A stretch of DNA of 63,692 bases, filler included, from Globobulimina sp. (Eukaryota), in assembly GCA_003354225.1 (NCBI GenBank). It is 55 parts of 55 records of this genome, joined end to end, with 100 filler letters (N's around TTAATTAATTAA, not from the genome) between each part and the next. Parts side by side here need not be neighbours in the genome. Positions count along the whole stretch, not along the records: positions 11,611 to 12,671 come from PIVH01024554.1; positions 12,772 to 13,832 come from PIVH01024555.1; positions 13,933 to 14,992 come from PIVH01024556.1; positions 15,093 to 16,152 come from PIVH01024557.1; positions 16,253 to 17,312 come from PIVH01024558.1; positions 17,413 to 18,472 come from PIVH01024559.1; positions 18,573 to 19,632 come from PIVH01024560.1; positions 19,733 to 20,792 come from PIVH01024561.1; 47 more parts are not named here. The stretch is one strand, 5' to 3'. This document shows positions 11,611 to 23,235 of the stretch, piece after piece (the stretch's first letter is position 1; every line of letters begins with the position of its first letter). Made by a program: the position numbers and the translations under genes. The notes beneath the pieces are model-generated. The model searched no databases, had not been told where the DNA came from, and saw only the letters and a program-made list of their open reading frames with translations.

Positions 11611-12671
11611 TGACAATTTCATATAATTTTGATATTCCACCATTTTTGGAGACTTTCACACTGAAAACTGATCCAAGTTTATGTTTAATACAATAATTAA
11701 TTGCATCTATATCTTGAACACTTTCATCCAATGACAAATCAAATCCATATTTCAGACATTCTTGACATAATATTTTCAAATTTTCATGTTCAGTTTTTTT
11801 AATTGGTTGCTCAATAAATGATAATTTTATGCCCGCGCAGCCTTTAATAAATTCCATTGATTGCTCGAAAGAATATCCTTCGTTGGCATCGGTCACAATA
11901 AATACATTCGTGCCAATCGGACCAAATACCTTTTCAATATTCTTAATGCGTTCAATTTGATAGGAAATGTCCTGATTAGCGCCCATTTTCAGCATAAATG
12001 TTTTATATCCCTCATTTATTTTTTCTTGCAATACCTCCGTATCTTTGTCGATGGTTTGATCACTCACAGGATATAACAGCGGTATTTTCTCATTACACAC
12101 TTCTTGCTCTTTGCCATCAGATAGGTCCACTAAACATTGATAAACTGGTTTTTTATAAAATTTGCCATAAATGTCCCACAATGCCATATTAATCATACCC
12201 GTCGCCATCACATTGGAATGGTCGATATTGGCGTCAAGTATGGCAGATATATTCTCAATGTCTAATGCATTTTTGTTATGTATGAGTGGGAATATTTCAC
12301 TCTCTGTAATCTTCCAAATGGACTCTGGCGTTTCCTCAGTAAACCCTTCATCGGGATTTGATTCGCCAAAGCCAAATATACCAATATTGGTCTCAATTTT
12401 ACACACCACATTTGACTGATTTTCAAAGGTAAGATCGCCACAAATATATGGATGCGACAGCGGTATTGTTACTAAATACAACTCCATTGATACTATTTTT
12501 ACTTCACTCTCATCCATATCCTTCTTTTCATCCTCCTCACCAAATGTCTATATAGTCAGATATACGCAATATCGCATTAAATTAGATATATTATATGTAT
12601 TTAACTAATAATTTATTAACACTTGCATCGCCGCCTGATTTCAGCCAAGAATCAAATTCTGCAAAAGATAC
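11611..12671 (-). CDS. Mandelate racemase/muconate-lactonizing enzyme family (enolase superfamily) with an upstream exon; partial at both ends
   Basis: GIFGFGES, INMALWDIYGK, TFMLKMG, metal ligands in TDANEG, FIEQP and LDES, and VKVSKNGG. A putative 58-nt intron at 12548-12605 links an in-frame exon at 12606-12671. Confidence 0.9.
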
Positions 12672-12794
12672 NNNNNNNNNNNNNNNNNNNNNNNNNNNNN
12701 NNNNNNNNNNNNNNNTTAATTAATTAANNNNNNNNNNNNNNNNNNNNNNNNNNNNNNNNNNNNNNNNNNNNCTTTAAAAAAGATAGTTTGAAGC

Positions 12795-13571
12795 ATGGAC
12801 TGCATGGTCGAGGCAGTACACTTTTTACAAGAACAACAAATACAAACAATGAAAGAAAGAGAGGAACTGCTTAATGAGTTGGAATCAAAATATTCCACTT
12901 ACATTCATTCATTATTGCAACAAAAACAATTGATCGCCGCCAATATCAGAAATAAATATGATGCCATTTCAAACGCTATCAATGATGCAATTTATAATTG
13001 TCTTAGTTCCAAAATAATGATCACAAATATCAATCAAGTCAACAGTATGAATCATTTAATAGCGCCACAAAATAACTACACAATAACATCAATATCTGTT
13101 CACCAGCAACCAAATCAAGACCAAAAAGTCCCGAATTCCAACATTGATCTTAAAAAACCTAAAGAAATGAAGCATGAATGTGATGTACCGTCAGTACCGT
13201 CATTACCATCATTTAAATGTGAAAAATGCAATAAATCATTCAAAAAAAAAGCTTATTTATCTAAACATATTCAAAGAGTACATACCGGCCGCGGGAAATT
13301 TGAATGTGATGTTTGTCATAAAAAATACAAACAAAAAGAAACTTTGGTACGTCATAAAAGCATACATAGCGGAGAAAGGCCATACAAATGCGATGTTTGT
13401 AGCAAAGCATTTCCAAATAACAGGATTTTAAAAAGCCATAAAACAGTGCATACCGGGGAGAGGCCATTCAAATGCAAACATTGCAACAAAGGATATAAAC
13501 ATCATGGCTCTCGACACAAACATCAAAAAAAATGTAAATTAAAATCAGAAAACGTTCCTCAATCTAACTGA
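12795..13571 (+). CDS. C2H2 zinc-finger protein (4 fingers, TGERP-type linkers)
   Basis: CEKC..H..H, CDVC..HKSIH-SGERPY, CDVC..HKTVH-TGERPF and CKHC; coiled-coil N-terminus. Confidence 0.92.
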   Translation: MDCMVEAVHFLQEQQIQTMKEREELLNELESKYSTYIHSLLQQKQLIAANIRNKYDAISNAINDAIYNCLSSKIMITNINQVNSMNHLIAPQNNYTITSISVHQQPNQDQKVPNSNIDLKKPKEMKHECDVPSVPSLPSFKCEKCNKSFKKKAYLSKHIQRVHTGRGKFECDVCHKKYKQKETLVRHKSIHSGERPYKCDVCSKAFPNNRILKSHKTVHTGERPFKCKHCNKGYKHHGSRHKHQKKCKLKSENVPQSN

Positions 13572-14162
13572 ATGACTGTTAAAACATGCACATCTTCAGT
13601 TATTCGACACAAATAGCTTTTGGATCAACTCGTAATAAAATTATAACTTTGTTTGTTTCAACTACCATATTGCTGACATGTGTTGCCAAAAAGCAACATA
13701 AAATCATGAGACGTCGGCATTTCAAAGTAAATATTTTAGAAATCTTCTTCATCATCATAATCACCACTTGACTTTTTAGGCTTACACTTCCGCACATTGA
13801 CACATTTGTTTGAGGGATATTTATGATGGACGNNNNNNNNNNNNNNNNNNNNNNNNNNNNNNNNNNNNNNNNNNNNTTAATTAATTAANNNNNNNNNNNN
13901 NNNNNNNNNNNNNNNNNNNNNNNNNNNNNNNNTATAACTTTGTCTTGGGTTTGCAAATCCAGAACAAATTCAGAACAAATTTATAATTGAATTTTCGGTA
14001 TACAAAGGGGGGTTATCCAAACGGGGGGTTATCTTTTGGAATATATCGTTCAGATATTCGTTTCAGACTTCATTACAAAGAGGACAATATTTAACAATTA
14101 TTTTAATATTTATTTTAGTGATTGTATGAAAGAGAAAGAACGCACATATTTGTGTTTGTTGT

Positions 14163-14992
14163 TTATTGAAATATAGGAGCCCATATTTCAATTGTATGGA
14201 TAGTAAATTGTGTGTCGACACAACGAGTCAGTGGCGGTGAATTGAATGTTTTGCAACTCGTAGTTCTCGCATTATTGAACTCCATATCAAAATATAGCGC
14301 AGGCGATGCACCACTCCCAATGGTAATTTCTTTATCATTACATTGCAAGTAATATGGCTCAATTCCTGTTGATTTATGAATATATAAATTCTTGTTATAT
14401 TTACTATATCTTCCACCAAAATGAAACACAAAACAATCAAAAGAACCTTTATAATGATAGGATTTCTTCCAATTTGCGCCATCAATATAGGCACCAAATA
14501 AATGATTCATTGTATCTTTTATTATAAGCAACGACTTATTATCATTTATGTTATTTAATTGATTATAAAACGTATGTTTCGATATTCCATCAAACGATGT
14601 ATTATAAAAACATTTCCATTCTACGATATGTGTAATGTGCGAACAATGACAGATTATTTTTTTTAAATGTATTTCATCGCAAATTATAGACTTACGGATG
14701 GATTTCGCATCGATTTCAATTGCGTCTAATAACAAATCATCCAATTTGTGCTTAGAAATTATATTATTAATTCCTGAGATATCCAAATATTTTAATCGTG
14801 GCAAAAATGACATTACATTTCGTTTATATCGCACATATTTACTGTCATCATCATCCGATGCGTCCTGTTCATGGTTTATGTTCTCCGCCATTGTTGTAAA
14901 GGGACATAACGGATTAAATAACAATGATAAATATTCCAAGTGTGGACATTGCGATTTTAAGACCAATAATAACTGTTTTAAATTTCTTAAAT
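14163..14992 (-). CDS. LRR-cap plus TLDc domain protein (5' truncated)
   Basis: LEYLSLLFNPL...YKRNVMSFLPRLKYLD (LRR cap). TLDc motifs DGISKHTFY, LLIIKDTMNHLFGAY, YKGSFDCFVF, TFNSPPL and IEIW. Confidence 0.88.
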
Positions 14993-15209
14993 NNNNNNNN
15001 NNNNNNNNNNNNNNNNNNNNNNNNNNNNNNNNNNNNTTAATTAATTAANNNNNNNNNNNNNNNNNNNNNNNNNNNNNNNNNNNNNNNNNNNNCCCTTCGG
15101 GCATGTAAATAAAGGGATATGTGGTCTTCATCCTCCTTCCCACTGATGTAAAAGAATGGGACAAGTGGTGTAAAAAAATGGGACAAGGGGAAACGACCTC
15201 GATTCTGGC

Positions 15210-15317
15210 GGTGTAAGTGAGGGTGAATTCCTGGTAGGAACCAGCTTCGAAACTTCCGTTCGGCTCAACTACGGCCGAACCCATTTTTTCGGGTAAATAG
15301 GTAGATCTTTCCGACAT
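15210..15317 (-). CDS. Bacterial DUF3604-like N-terminal fragment
   Basis: MSERSTYLPEKMGSAVVEPNGSFEAGSYQEFTLTYTA resembles DUF3604 N-termini as recalled. Higher GC than the rest of the contig; similarity stops after TYTA. Confidence 0.5.
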
Positions 15318-15333
15318 TTTCTTCAGGGATGCC

Positions 15334-15360
15334 TACAACTTTCAAAGTTTGAAAGTTGTA
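15334..15360. repeat. 27-bp palindrome (13-bp arms, 1-nt loop) followed by TTGTATAGTA repeats
   Basis: TACAACTTTCAAA-G-TTTGAAAGTTGTA; a further half-copy lies near 15411-15423. Confidence 0.85.
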
Positions 15361-15500
15361 TAGTATTGTATAGTATAGCAACCTGATTTTGATTATTGTA
15401 TTGTATAGTATACAACTTTCAAAACCGTTTGATTGTTGTATAGTATTCACCCCTTTCCAATTTTAAATTTGCGACTAACGATATAGGTTTCATTTAATCT

Positions 15501-16095
15501 TTTGCCCCCAAATTGGTCCTCGACACGAAAAGTAGAGAAAGAGAGAAGATACGGTGGAGCGTGTTATAAAATTTTTCGAGAGCGTCGTTTTCGGATCCTT
15601 TTATAATAATTATTAACATAATAATAATAAGATTACAACATATAACGCACACGGAAGATGCCCTAATTTATTTTACGCAGTTGTTTTACTTTCGTTTCTC
15701 GACGTTAAAATAATAAAAAATTAAAAAATTAATTCTTTTTTAACAATAAATGGCAAGACCTAAAAGGCACCAGACTTAATCTCAACCGCGTGGTGTCAAC
15801 TTGAATTTGTAAATTATTTATAATTTTACAATTTTCGTATTATTATCTTATCGTATAATAATAGGGTAAATCAAAACAATAATTTTCGTACATTAATTTC
15901 GTGTGTAACGCGGTAGTTCTGTGCTTTGTTATGGCACGGCGCCCAGTATAACGCGTGCGTTGACTTTTAGCTTTTGCTGTCGGACGGAAAAACAAAAAAG
16001 ACCAGAAAACGACGCTCTCGAAAAACTTTATAACACGCTCTGCCGTATCTTCTCTCATTTCTTTAAATTGCGCGGAGGACGCATTTGGGGGCAAA
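15501..16095. mobile_element. MITE-like element, ~595 bp, with ~100-bp imperfect inverted repeats
   Basis: TTTGCCCCCAAAT...GAGAGAAGATACGG..GAGCGTGTTATAAA.TTTTTCGAGAGCGTCGTTTTC (15501-~15602) is mirrored at ~15995-16095. The core is AT-rich and non-coding. Confidence 0.75.
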
Positions 16096-16640
16096 TGCTA
16101 ATTCGCGCGACGCGAGCCGTGAATATCAAAGGATTGCAACTGGCGACCCAAANNNNNNNNNNNNNNNNNNNNNNNNNNNNNNNNNNNNNNNNNNNNTTAA
16201 TTAATTAANNNNNNNNNNNNNNNNNNNNNNNNNNNNNNNNNNNNNNNNNNNNTTTCTTTAATATCTGCGCATGCATTTTGTGACACACTTAAACATTTGG
16301 TTTCTAATTTATTTATCAATTTCTGTATAGCTTTTACTGGAGTTACCGTACCCATATTTTCTGCACATTTTGCGCATAAAATATCAGCTTCTTCGTTGTT
16401 CATACATGCTTTGGGAATGCCTTGACATCTTTATTTAATATGATATATAGAGTTGTGGCTTATTTGTGAAGAGCACATAACATAACTTTACACATAAAAA
16501 TGCCATTGCTAATGCAGGATTCAATATGAGTGAGACAGGCCAGACAGAATCATTATTTTTTTGTGGCTCATTCAAGGCTTGTGCCATGATGAATTTATTA
16601 AAAGTTTACTGTACGTTTTCTTCCAGTTACCTTTTGCATC

Positions 16641-17203
16641 ATGTCAGCTGCCGAAGATGACAACAACGAGTCAGGATTAGGGATCCCAAGTTGGATGATT
16701 TATGCCGGAGTGGGAGTCGCCTCATATGTAGCTTATAAAACATTATTCCCGGAAAACAAATTCGTTGAACAACACCATTACGAAGAATTAAAATCAGATG
16801 ATTACACTGCACTGTACGAGAAAGGAGGAAAGCATTATGTTACAAACCCTTGGGACCAACTCCCAATTAAAAGATCAAAACGCGGCCCTGCCTCATGGAG
16901 ACCAACCCGCATTTTTGAAGTGTTTGAAACATCGGTCAAGAACCATCCAAACGCAGTCTGTTGGATGAAGGAATATTTAACACCTGGCTCAAATACAGAG
17001 TATGAATGGACTGCTTGGACTCGACAACAAATGTTCGATTTAACCCAACAGGCAGCGAGAGCCTTCATTGCCTGTGGCCTCAAACAATGGCAATCGGTGG
17101 CCATTATTGGTTTTAATTCCCCGCAGTGGTTATTGGCGGATTTAGGCGCAATATATGCCGGCGGTATTGCTGCCGGCGTGTATACCACAAACAATGCTGG
17201 ACC
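16641..17203 (+). CDS. Long-chain fatty acyl-CoA ligase (bubblegum/ACSBG-like), N-terminal part
   Basis: AARAFIACGL...VAIIGFNSPQWLLADLGAIYAGGIAAGVYTTN, with an N-terminal transmembrane anchor. Confidence 0.88.
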
Positions 17204-17740
17204 ATGCTGGAAAAAGATCGTGTCGATTTTTATCTGGATGATTATTTTGATATTCTAAGCGAGATTAAAGAAAAAAAAATTGATATGACCCTATATCAGG
17301 TAGAAACCATATNNNNNNNNNNNNNNNNNNNNNNNNNNNNNNNNNNNNNNNNNNNNTTAATTAATTAANNNNNNNNNNNNNNNNNNNNNNNNNNNNNNNN
17401 NNNNNNNNNNNNTTTCAAATACAATAATACCGGAACAAACATTTTAAAAGAGTAATCATCAAAACAACAATTTTTAGACAAAAACAAAAATTTACGACCG
17501 GTATGTTTTAGATTGCAATGCCTTGGGGCAAAGCAATGTTTTGAGCAAAGATTTAGCGAAATTGAGGCATAAAGCGTACCGGTATGACAGTTTTGGTAAA
17601 CAATCGACTTATAACATAATTTTTGGCGAAAATGAATACATAAAGAATTCAAACAAATATTTACAAAATAAACTGAGAATAAATGAGATGATAGAGTCCA
17701 ACAATTCTCAGCAGCATTGAGGGACAATTGGAGATTCGGC

Positions 17741-18472
17741 TTATTCGGAGATTTCTGTATTTTCCGTTTCTTCAACTATCGGAAACAGAGCTTGAACGAT
17801 TTGAGCCACGTTTTGTCGGACTTCTGTGATGTCAGGATCTTCGATGTTTTCTGTGTTTTCTTCTTCTTCAAACCACATGTTTCCAAACATGTCTCGCATG
17901 GCTTCATCGGTGTCATCTGGTGTTTGTACTATAGGCTGTACAACTTGGACAAGACGGTAATCGAGCGAATTGGTAGATGCGCTGTCCGTTTCGATTCGGC
18001 ACATCATGTTTGGATTTGGATGGTAGAAGCCCGGTCTTAAATCGACGGGGGTCATATTAGCTGGTGGTTGATCGGGTATTTGGACAGAAAGTGGTTGATT
18101 ATGAGGCAAAGTGGGGACGCTGTCGAATTGTCGAGCTCGTTGCATGGGGACACTATCGAATCGGCGTGATTGTTGAGTGGGGGCCCAGTCATTGCCAAAA
18201 GCTTGAGCCGAAGTACTGGTGCCTGAAGTAGACGGGGCGTCATCGTCAGGGTTGTAAAGTGGTCGAACAGATTGTTGTCTAGGCCATTCTCGAGCGATTT
18301 GACGGCCCAAGTCGGAAGCTGACAGCACATCGCCATTGGGCATGATGCGCACTCCCAAAATCGGTTCTGGTTGCACTCGAAGTCCAAAACGATCTGGATT
18401 GTAAGGGTTTGGCACTTCATTGTCTGGTCGAACATGTACAGCTAAGGCACGGACGAAACCTTGGTCGTCTAC
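17741..18472 (-). CDS. Hypothetical protein C-terminal part (5' truncated), higher GC
   Basis: Open from the contig edge to 17741. Short internal repeat RRFDSVP/RQFDSVP and an acidic tail; no family recognised. Confidence 0.5.
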   Translation of the reverse strand, partial: VDDQGFVRALAVHVRPDNEVPNPYNPDRFGLRVQPEPILGVRIMPNGDVLSASDLGRQIAREWPRQQSVRPLYNPDDDAPSTSGTSTSAQAFGNDWAPTQQSRRFDSVPMQRARQFDSVPTLPHNQPLSVQIPDQPPANMTPVDLRPGFYHPNPNMMCRIETDSASTNSLDYRLVQVVQPIVQTPDDTDEAMRDMFGNMWFEEEENTENIEDPDITEVRQNVAQIVQALFPIVEETENTEISE

Positions 18473-18572
18473 NNNNNNNNNNNNNNNNNNNNNNNNNNNN
18501 NNNNNNNNNNNNNNNNTTAATTAATTAANNNNNNNNNNNNNNNNNNNNNNNNNNNNNNNNNNNNNNNNNNNN

Positions 18573-18660
18573 TGCCGGCAAGCTGCCCGACGACGTCATC
18601 GAGAGATCCGTTCACGCGCAGGTACAGAGACATGATGCGGCATATCGCTTCGAGGTCGGA
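18573..18660 (-). CDS. nrdJ: Bacterial class II ribonucleotide reductase C-terminal (TSCPD-domain) fragment
   Basis: SDLEAICRIMSLYLRVNGSLDDVVGQLAG matches the EAIxRxxSLxLRxGxxxxxIxxQLxG motif. GC-rich relative to the rest of the contig. Confidence 0.7.
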
Positions 18661-19534
18661 CAATAACTCCGCAAGTCCTACAATTGCGTAAAGTGGACGA
18701 ATAATGAAATACACGATTTATCATAATCGACTTATTCACTCCGCCGCACGCTGAACATACAATATTATAAAAATCATCCAAAAGCCATTGGTGTAAATGA
18801 GACTGGTACCCTTTAAAAAAAGTACCTTCTTTTTGCAACTCTAACGGTAATAAACTGGCTAATTTAGTGGATAATGCATACGTATTTTGCCTGCCTTCTT
18901 GCAACATTTCCAGCATTGTTTCATTATAACTTACGATTAATTCTGCAATTTGTCCCATTGTTAAACTGTTTTCACCCAACAAAACATGCGGCCGTTCATC
19001 CATGGCCAACAATTGCTTTTCGATGCAATATAATGTCCGTTGAAATGCCTCTTTATCGCGATGCATCATAATAGTCATTATCATGCAATACGTATATTTC
19101 TGAAATCCATTTATATCACAATAGCAATGTATTTTTGGCTTTCCTTTGCATCGATAATGTCGGCATTTACTGATCAATGAGGACGCAAATAAACTTTGCA
19201 ATACGTTGTCATACGTTTTATGCTTCAATTTTACGGCATAATTGTTATAACGTAAAGTAAATACAATTTGTGGATGCGTCTCTGAAATGGACACCATTTC
19301 GCTGAATATATTTGCTTCGAATGCGGATTGCAAATTGTTTTTTATCCGCAATATCATCATCCACTTATCAAATATGCGTAAATGCGATTGTTGGACAATT
19401 TGCTTGTTTGGTTTACATAATCTGTCATTTGGCAAAGTGTTCCAAAACGGTTGACGTAAATAACCATTCTCAGCGCCAATTAACTTCACTTGCAATTTTA
19501 TTTTACCTCTATTTTCTTGATTGTAATCTGACAA
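18661..19534 (-). CDS. Hypothetical protein with a C-terminal eIF5/eIF2-beta-like zinc ribbon
   Basis: FFKGYQSHLHQWLLDDFYNIVCSACG-x17-CRTCG resembles eIF5 [28 protein letters not shown]...CKACG. Confidence 0.55.
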
Positions 19535-19732
19535 AACATCAGCAATTACAATGGCGCCATCATCCCATTTATATCCAACGCGTTTAATCCCATTAAACCG
19601 GCTCCTTTTCGACCAATCTGAGCCATATGAAANNNNNNNNNNNNNNNNNNNNNNNNNNNNNNNNNNNNNNNNNNNNTTAATTAATTAANNNNNNNNNNNN
19701 NNNNNNNNNNNNNNNNNNNNNNNNNNNNNNNN

Positions 19733-20792
19733 TGTGTCGACGTAAAACATAAATTATATTCTTGTATAATGGATGGATATAAACTGTTGAAATCCAAACA
19801 AATCACATATTTGTCATATAAACCTTTGATTGGTTCCAATACCAAACCGCCAGCATATTGCGCTTTGCCTCGCTTCTTACCACCTTTGTCAATATATTTT
19901 GTTATGATATTTTTCATGCCAACCAACCAAAAAACAAACATTCGTGTTACAAAATACCTGCTTTATCCGCTGACAGTATGCCTTTGGCAATCTTTTCATT
20001 CTTGGTTTCCTTATCCGGCACAATGTAGCCATTCCGATGAAATTCGTGCAGCAATAACCACTCATTTCGTTCTGCTCTCTGCGACGACATCGACCGACTC
20101 CACAAATTGCCACATAAATTGGTCAGCTCTTTGGTCAATGGCAAGATCTCCAATTTCAACATCAATTTGAATATCAAATTGCTGTCATTGCAGCAATGCG
20201 TAATCAGCGAACACAAGCTCTTTCCAGAAAAATATTGTTCTTTCAGACTGCCACTATTCAGATTTTCATGTCCTTCCACCCCCAACAACTCTGCGACTAA
20301 ATGCGACAACGTATACGTCTTCATTCCGGTGATCAAATCTTGCGAAGAAATGAACGTATCACAAAATAAGCGGCCACAACCTAAGTATTTCCGCATTAAC
20401 CTGCCTCGAATGAATGGTATTTTGCCCTTTCGCAAACGACCTATTTTGCTCCACAAAGATATATTTAATTTATCCATGCGATGCAAGGTCACATCCAACA
20501 GGAAATCGTACAATTTATGTCCTACAATCACGTCTGGGTCCAATTGTTGTATACGTAATGTAAAAAAAGTTAACAGCTCACGTTCGCTCGAAAAGGTCTT
20601 AAACGTACTCGCATTCTTTAAATCGTACCCTTTCGCTGCCAGTTCTTTCTCCAAATCGTAAGGGAATGGATTACGATCAATCTTGCGGATGAATGTGAAA
20701 TATGTCTGCGATTTGGTGGTATTCATTTTATTTTTGTTCCTATTCGAATGATCCACGCAAACTGAGTCATCAATAAAGCCCGAAATACACGC
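19733..20792 (-). CDS. POLA1: DNA polymerase alpha catalytic subunit, internal fragment (intron 19884-19957)
   Basis: [69 protein letters not shown] and [18 protein letters not shown]. Confidence 0.96.
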
Positions 20793-21693
20793 NNNNNNNN
20801 NNNNNNNNNNNNNNNNNNNNNNNNNNNNNNNNNNNNTTAATTAATTAANNNNNNNNNNNNNNNNNNNNNNNNNNNNNNNNNNNNNNNNNNNNAGATGTTT
20901 CGTATGTACACCGCTATCGTAGTTTAAAAATCCAATCTCGGCTAGAAGTGACTGTAAAAGTGACATGCTTTCAAATGTTAAGCCTCCGAACTTAAATGGC
21001 AGTAGTCAATTGTTCGGTAAAACTTTGAGTAACTTTTTAATGCGCTTTTGTCCCGAAGATACTTACAGTCTCCAAGTCTCTCCTTATATTTTAATCACAT
21101 TCAAGTCTAACAACAAGGTGTGCTGTTAAACAGCGTTTGGTCACAGTACTCAACACCGCCCACAAAAACAATCAAATCCAAAATCTCATAAAAACAGGTA
21201 TAGATTAATTAATAGTAGCGATGACCGAATATTATGATGATATATAAATATGATTAATTGTTGAGATGAATATTATAAATAATTTGCATTACAATATATT
21301 CTATAACAAACACTCTCATTTATAGCGCTAGCACAGTATAACAAACACTCTCTTGTATGGGCAAATGACACTCAATGTAAAATATAGCGTTGTATTGATC
21401 GCACCATAAAAAACGAATTTTTACTGGCGATATATGGATTGCTAACTTCCAACAATAACTATCCAACGATAACTATAATTATCCAATGGGATATATCGTT
21501 GAACATAATACGCTGTCCACAAAGCCCAGCACCAAACAATTTATCCAATGATATGAAATGCGTATAATGCAATTTTAAGATCCATTAACAAACTCAGAAC
21601 AAACAACCATTAATAATATCAGAGCTTCGTTTACCACATTTCATTTTTGTTTTGTTTTGTTTTATACAGAAACGAGGATTTTCATTTTATAAA

Positions 21694-21952
21694 ATGGCAC
21701 ACAAAGCCACAGTGACTCAAACAGAGAAGTCTGATTTTCAAATATTCAAAACAGACACAACAAACTGTAATATTGAGAATAACGAAGATGAAATTGTGAA
21801 GAATTGCGACCATTTATTGCGAATTGCATATTGTTTGCGATATTATCAGTTATTATGTCAGAAAGAGAGTGACTTGAATGCGCAACAAATATTGATTGAG
21901 TTTTGCAGTAATTCATATTTAATGTGTTTGTCAGATTATATTCATTTAATGA
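21694..21952 (+). CDS. N-terminus of an unknown protein (CDHLLRI...LRYY...SDYIHL motif); truncated
   Basis: ATG at 21694, open to the contig edge. Confidence 0.6.
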
Positions 21953-22257
21953 NNNNNNNNNNNNNNNNNNNNNNNNNNNNNNNNNNNNNNNNNNNNTTAA
22001 TTAATTAANNNNNNNNNNNNNNNNNNNNNNNNNNNNNNNNNNNNNNNNNNNNTTTATTACGGCGACATATCACAAGACATTTGAATGCAAGTTTTTTGAC
22101 TTTGTAATTTGTAATTCGTACAAAAATTACAATCCTTTCGATTACGTTTGTACTGATCTTTGTCACAAAGTGTCCCTACAAATCATGTGATACCCAAATC
22201 ATATGAAAGACACTGGAGATTGAGGAGTATTTTTGATGCGAAACAGATTCTTGCTTT

Positions 22258-22791
22258 ATGCAGAGATATTATTTTGATTTGGCAAACGATGAACATGACT
22301 GCGCATTTCTAAATTCTGTGGATTATTACAAGCACCAAATAATGAAATATTTTTCGCAAAAAGTTGAGATCAAATTTAGTATTAATAATAAGAGCGACAA
22401 TATGTTGGCAGGGTATGACTCTGGAAATGAAAACGATGAGTTACATGTCATATTGATTAACTATGTCGGGGATAAAAATAGAATCAATTTGAATGATATC
22501 GATGAGAATATTAAATGGAATTCAGGACAGTTGGCCACATCACATGGTGTTAGTTATAAGATTCAAACCAGCGTCGAATTGCCTGCATATTCCATTGCAT
22601 GCATTACATGTGAATATATTACAGATAATATTGTATTTAATCAACTGAAATTGATGGAATTTATTCCAGACACAACAGAAAATGTAATTATGAAAATTTT
22701 GGGAAATGCTACAGAATTAATATGTCTCCCTATAAGCAATCGCTATCAAAATTGTGACAGACAGGCACAGCACACGACATTCAAAGTTTAA
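22258..22791 (+). CDS. Hypothetical protein, possible glycoside-hydrolase C-terminal beta-sandwich remnant
   Basis: LHVILINY...VELPAYSI resembles C-terminal all-beta domains of glycoside hydrolases. The upstream frame is interrupted by stops. Confidence 0.35.
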   Translation: MQRYYFDLANDEHDCAFLNSVDYYKHQIMKYFSQKVEIKFSINNKSDNMLAGYDSGNENDELHVILINYVGDKNRINLNDIDENIKWNSGQLATSHGVSYKIQTSVELPAYSIACITCEYITDNIVFNQLKLMEFIPDTTENVIMKILGNATELICLPISNRYQNCDRQAQHTTFKV

Positions 22792-23235
22792 CCGATTGCT
22801 GTGTAATCTTTTTGAGCAATACTGACATTTAGTAACTCCTGTGTACACAAAACGTTCTCCTGTTCCAAAAACATTAACTAGTGTAAGAATTCCAATCAGT
22901 ACACAGTGAATGACTTTTCAGAGACCACGAGGACTGACAATTTTCAGAGACATAAGGATCAGCATCTAGTATCCGAAACAGAACAATTGCACCCACTATA
23001 AAACTAAACATTACAGACAAAGAAACTTACATCAATCACACGAAATAAAAGGTATGTTCATCTCCTATTTATCACTAAATAAAACAAACCAACCACAAAC
23101 AAAGGTATGACANNNNNNNNNNNNNNNNNNNNNNNNNNNNNNNNNNNNNNNNNNNNTTAATTAATTAANNNNNNNNNNNNNNNNNNNNNNNNNNNNNNNN
23201 NNNNNNNNNNNNAAGATGTCTTTTTATTTAATTTA

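Noticed and set aside
16253..16560. Possible RING/TRAF-like remnant (ILCAKC...IQKLINKLETKC)
   Set aside because: The upstream Cys pairs cannot be recovered in frame, so it is too degraded to call.
18410..18472. VDDQGFVRALAVHV resembling the BEL/Pao integrase C-terminal DGxVR motif
   Set aside because: Only a 5-residue resemblance, and the following sequence lacks the expected motif.
20107..20661. Long antisense ORFs (also 49829-50437, 45626-46063, 56984-57484, 126-386)
   Set aside because: They are shadows of well-supported genes on the opposite strand.
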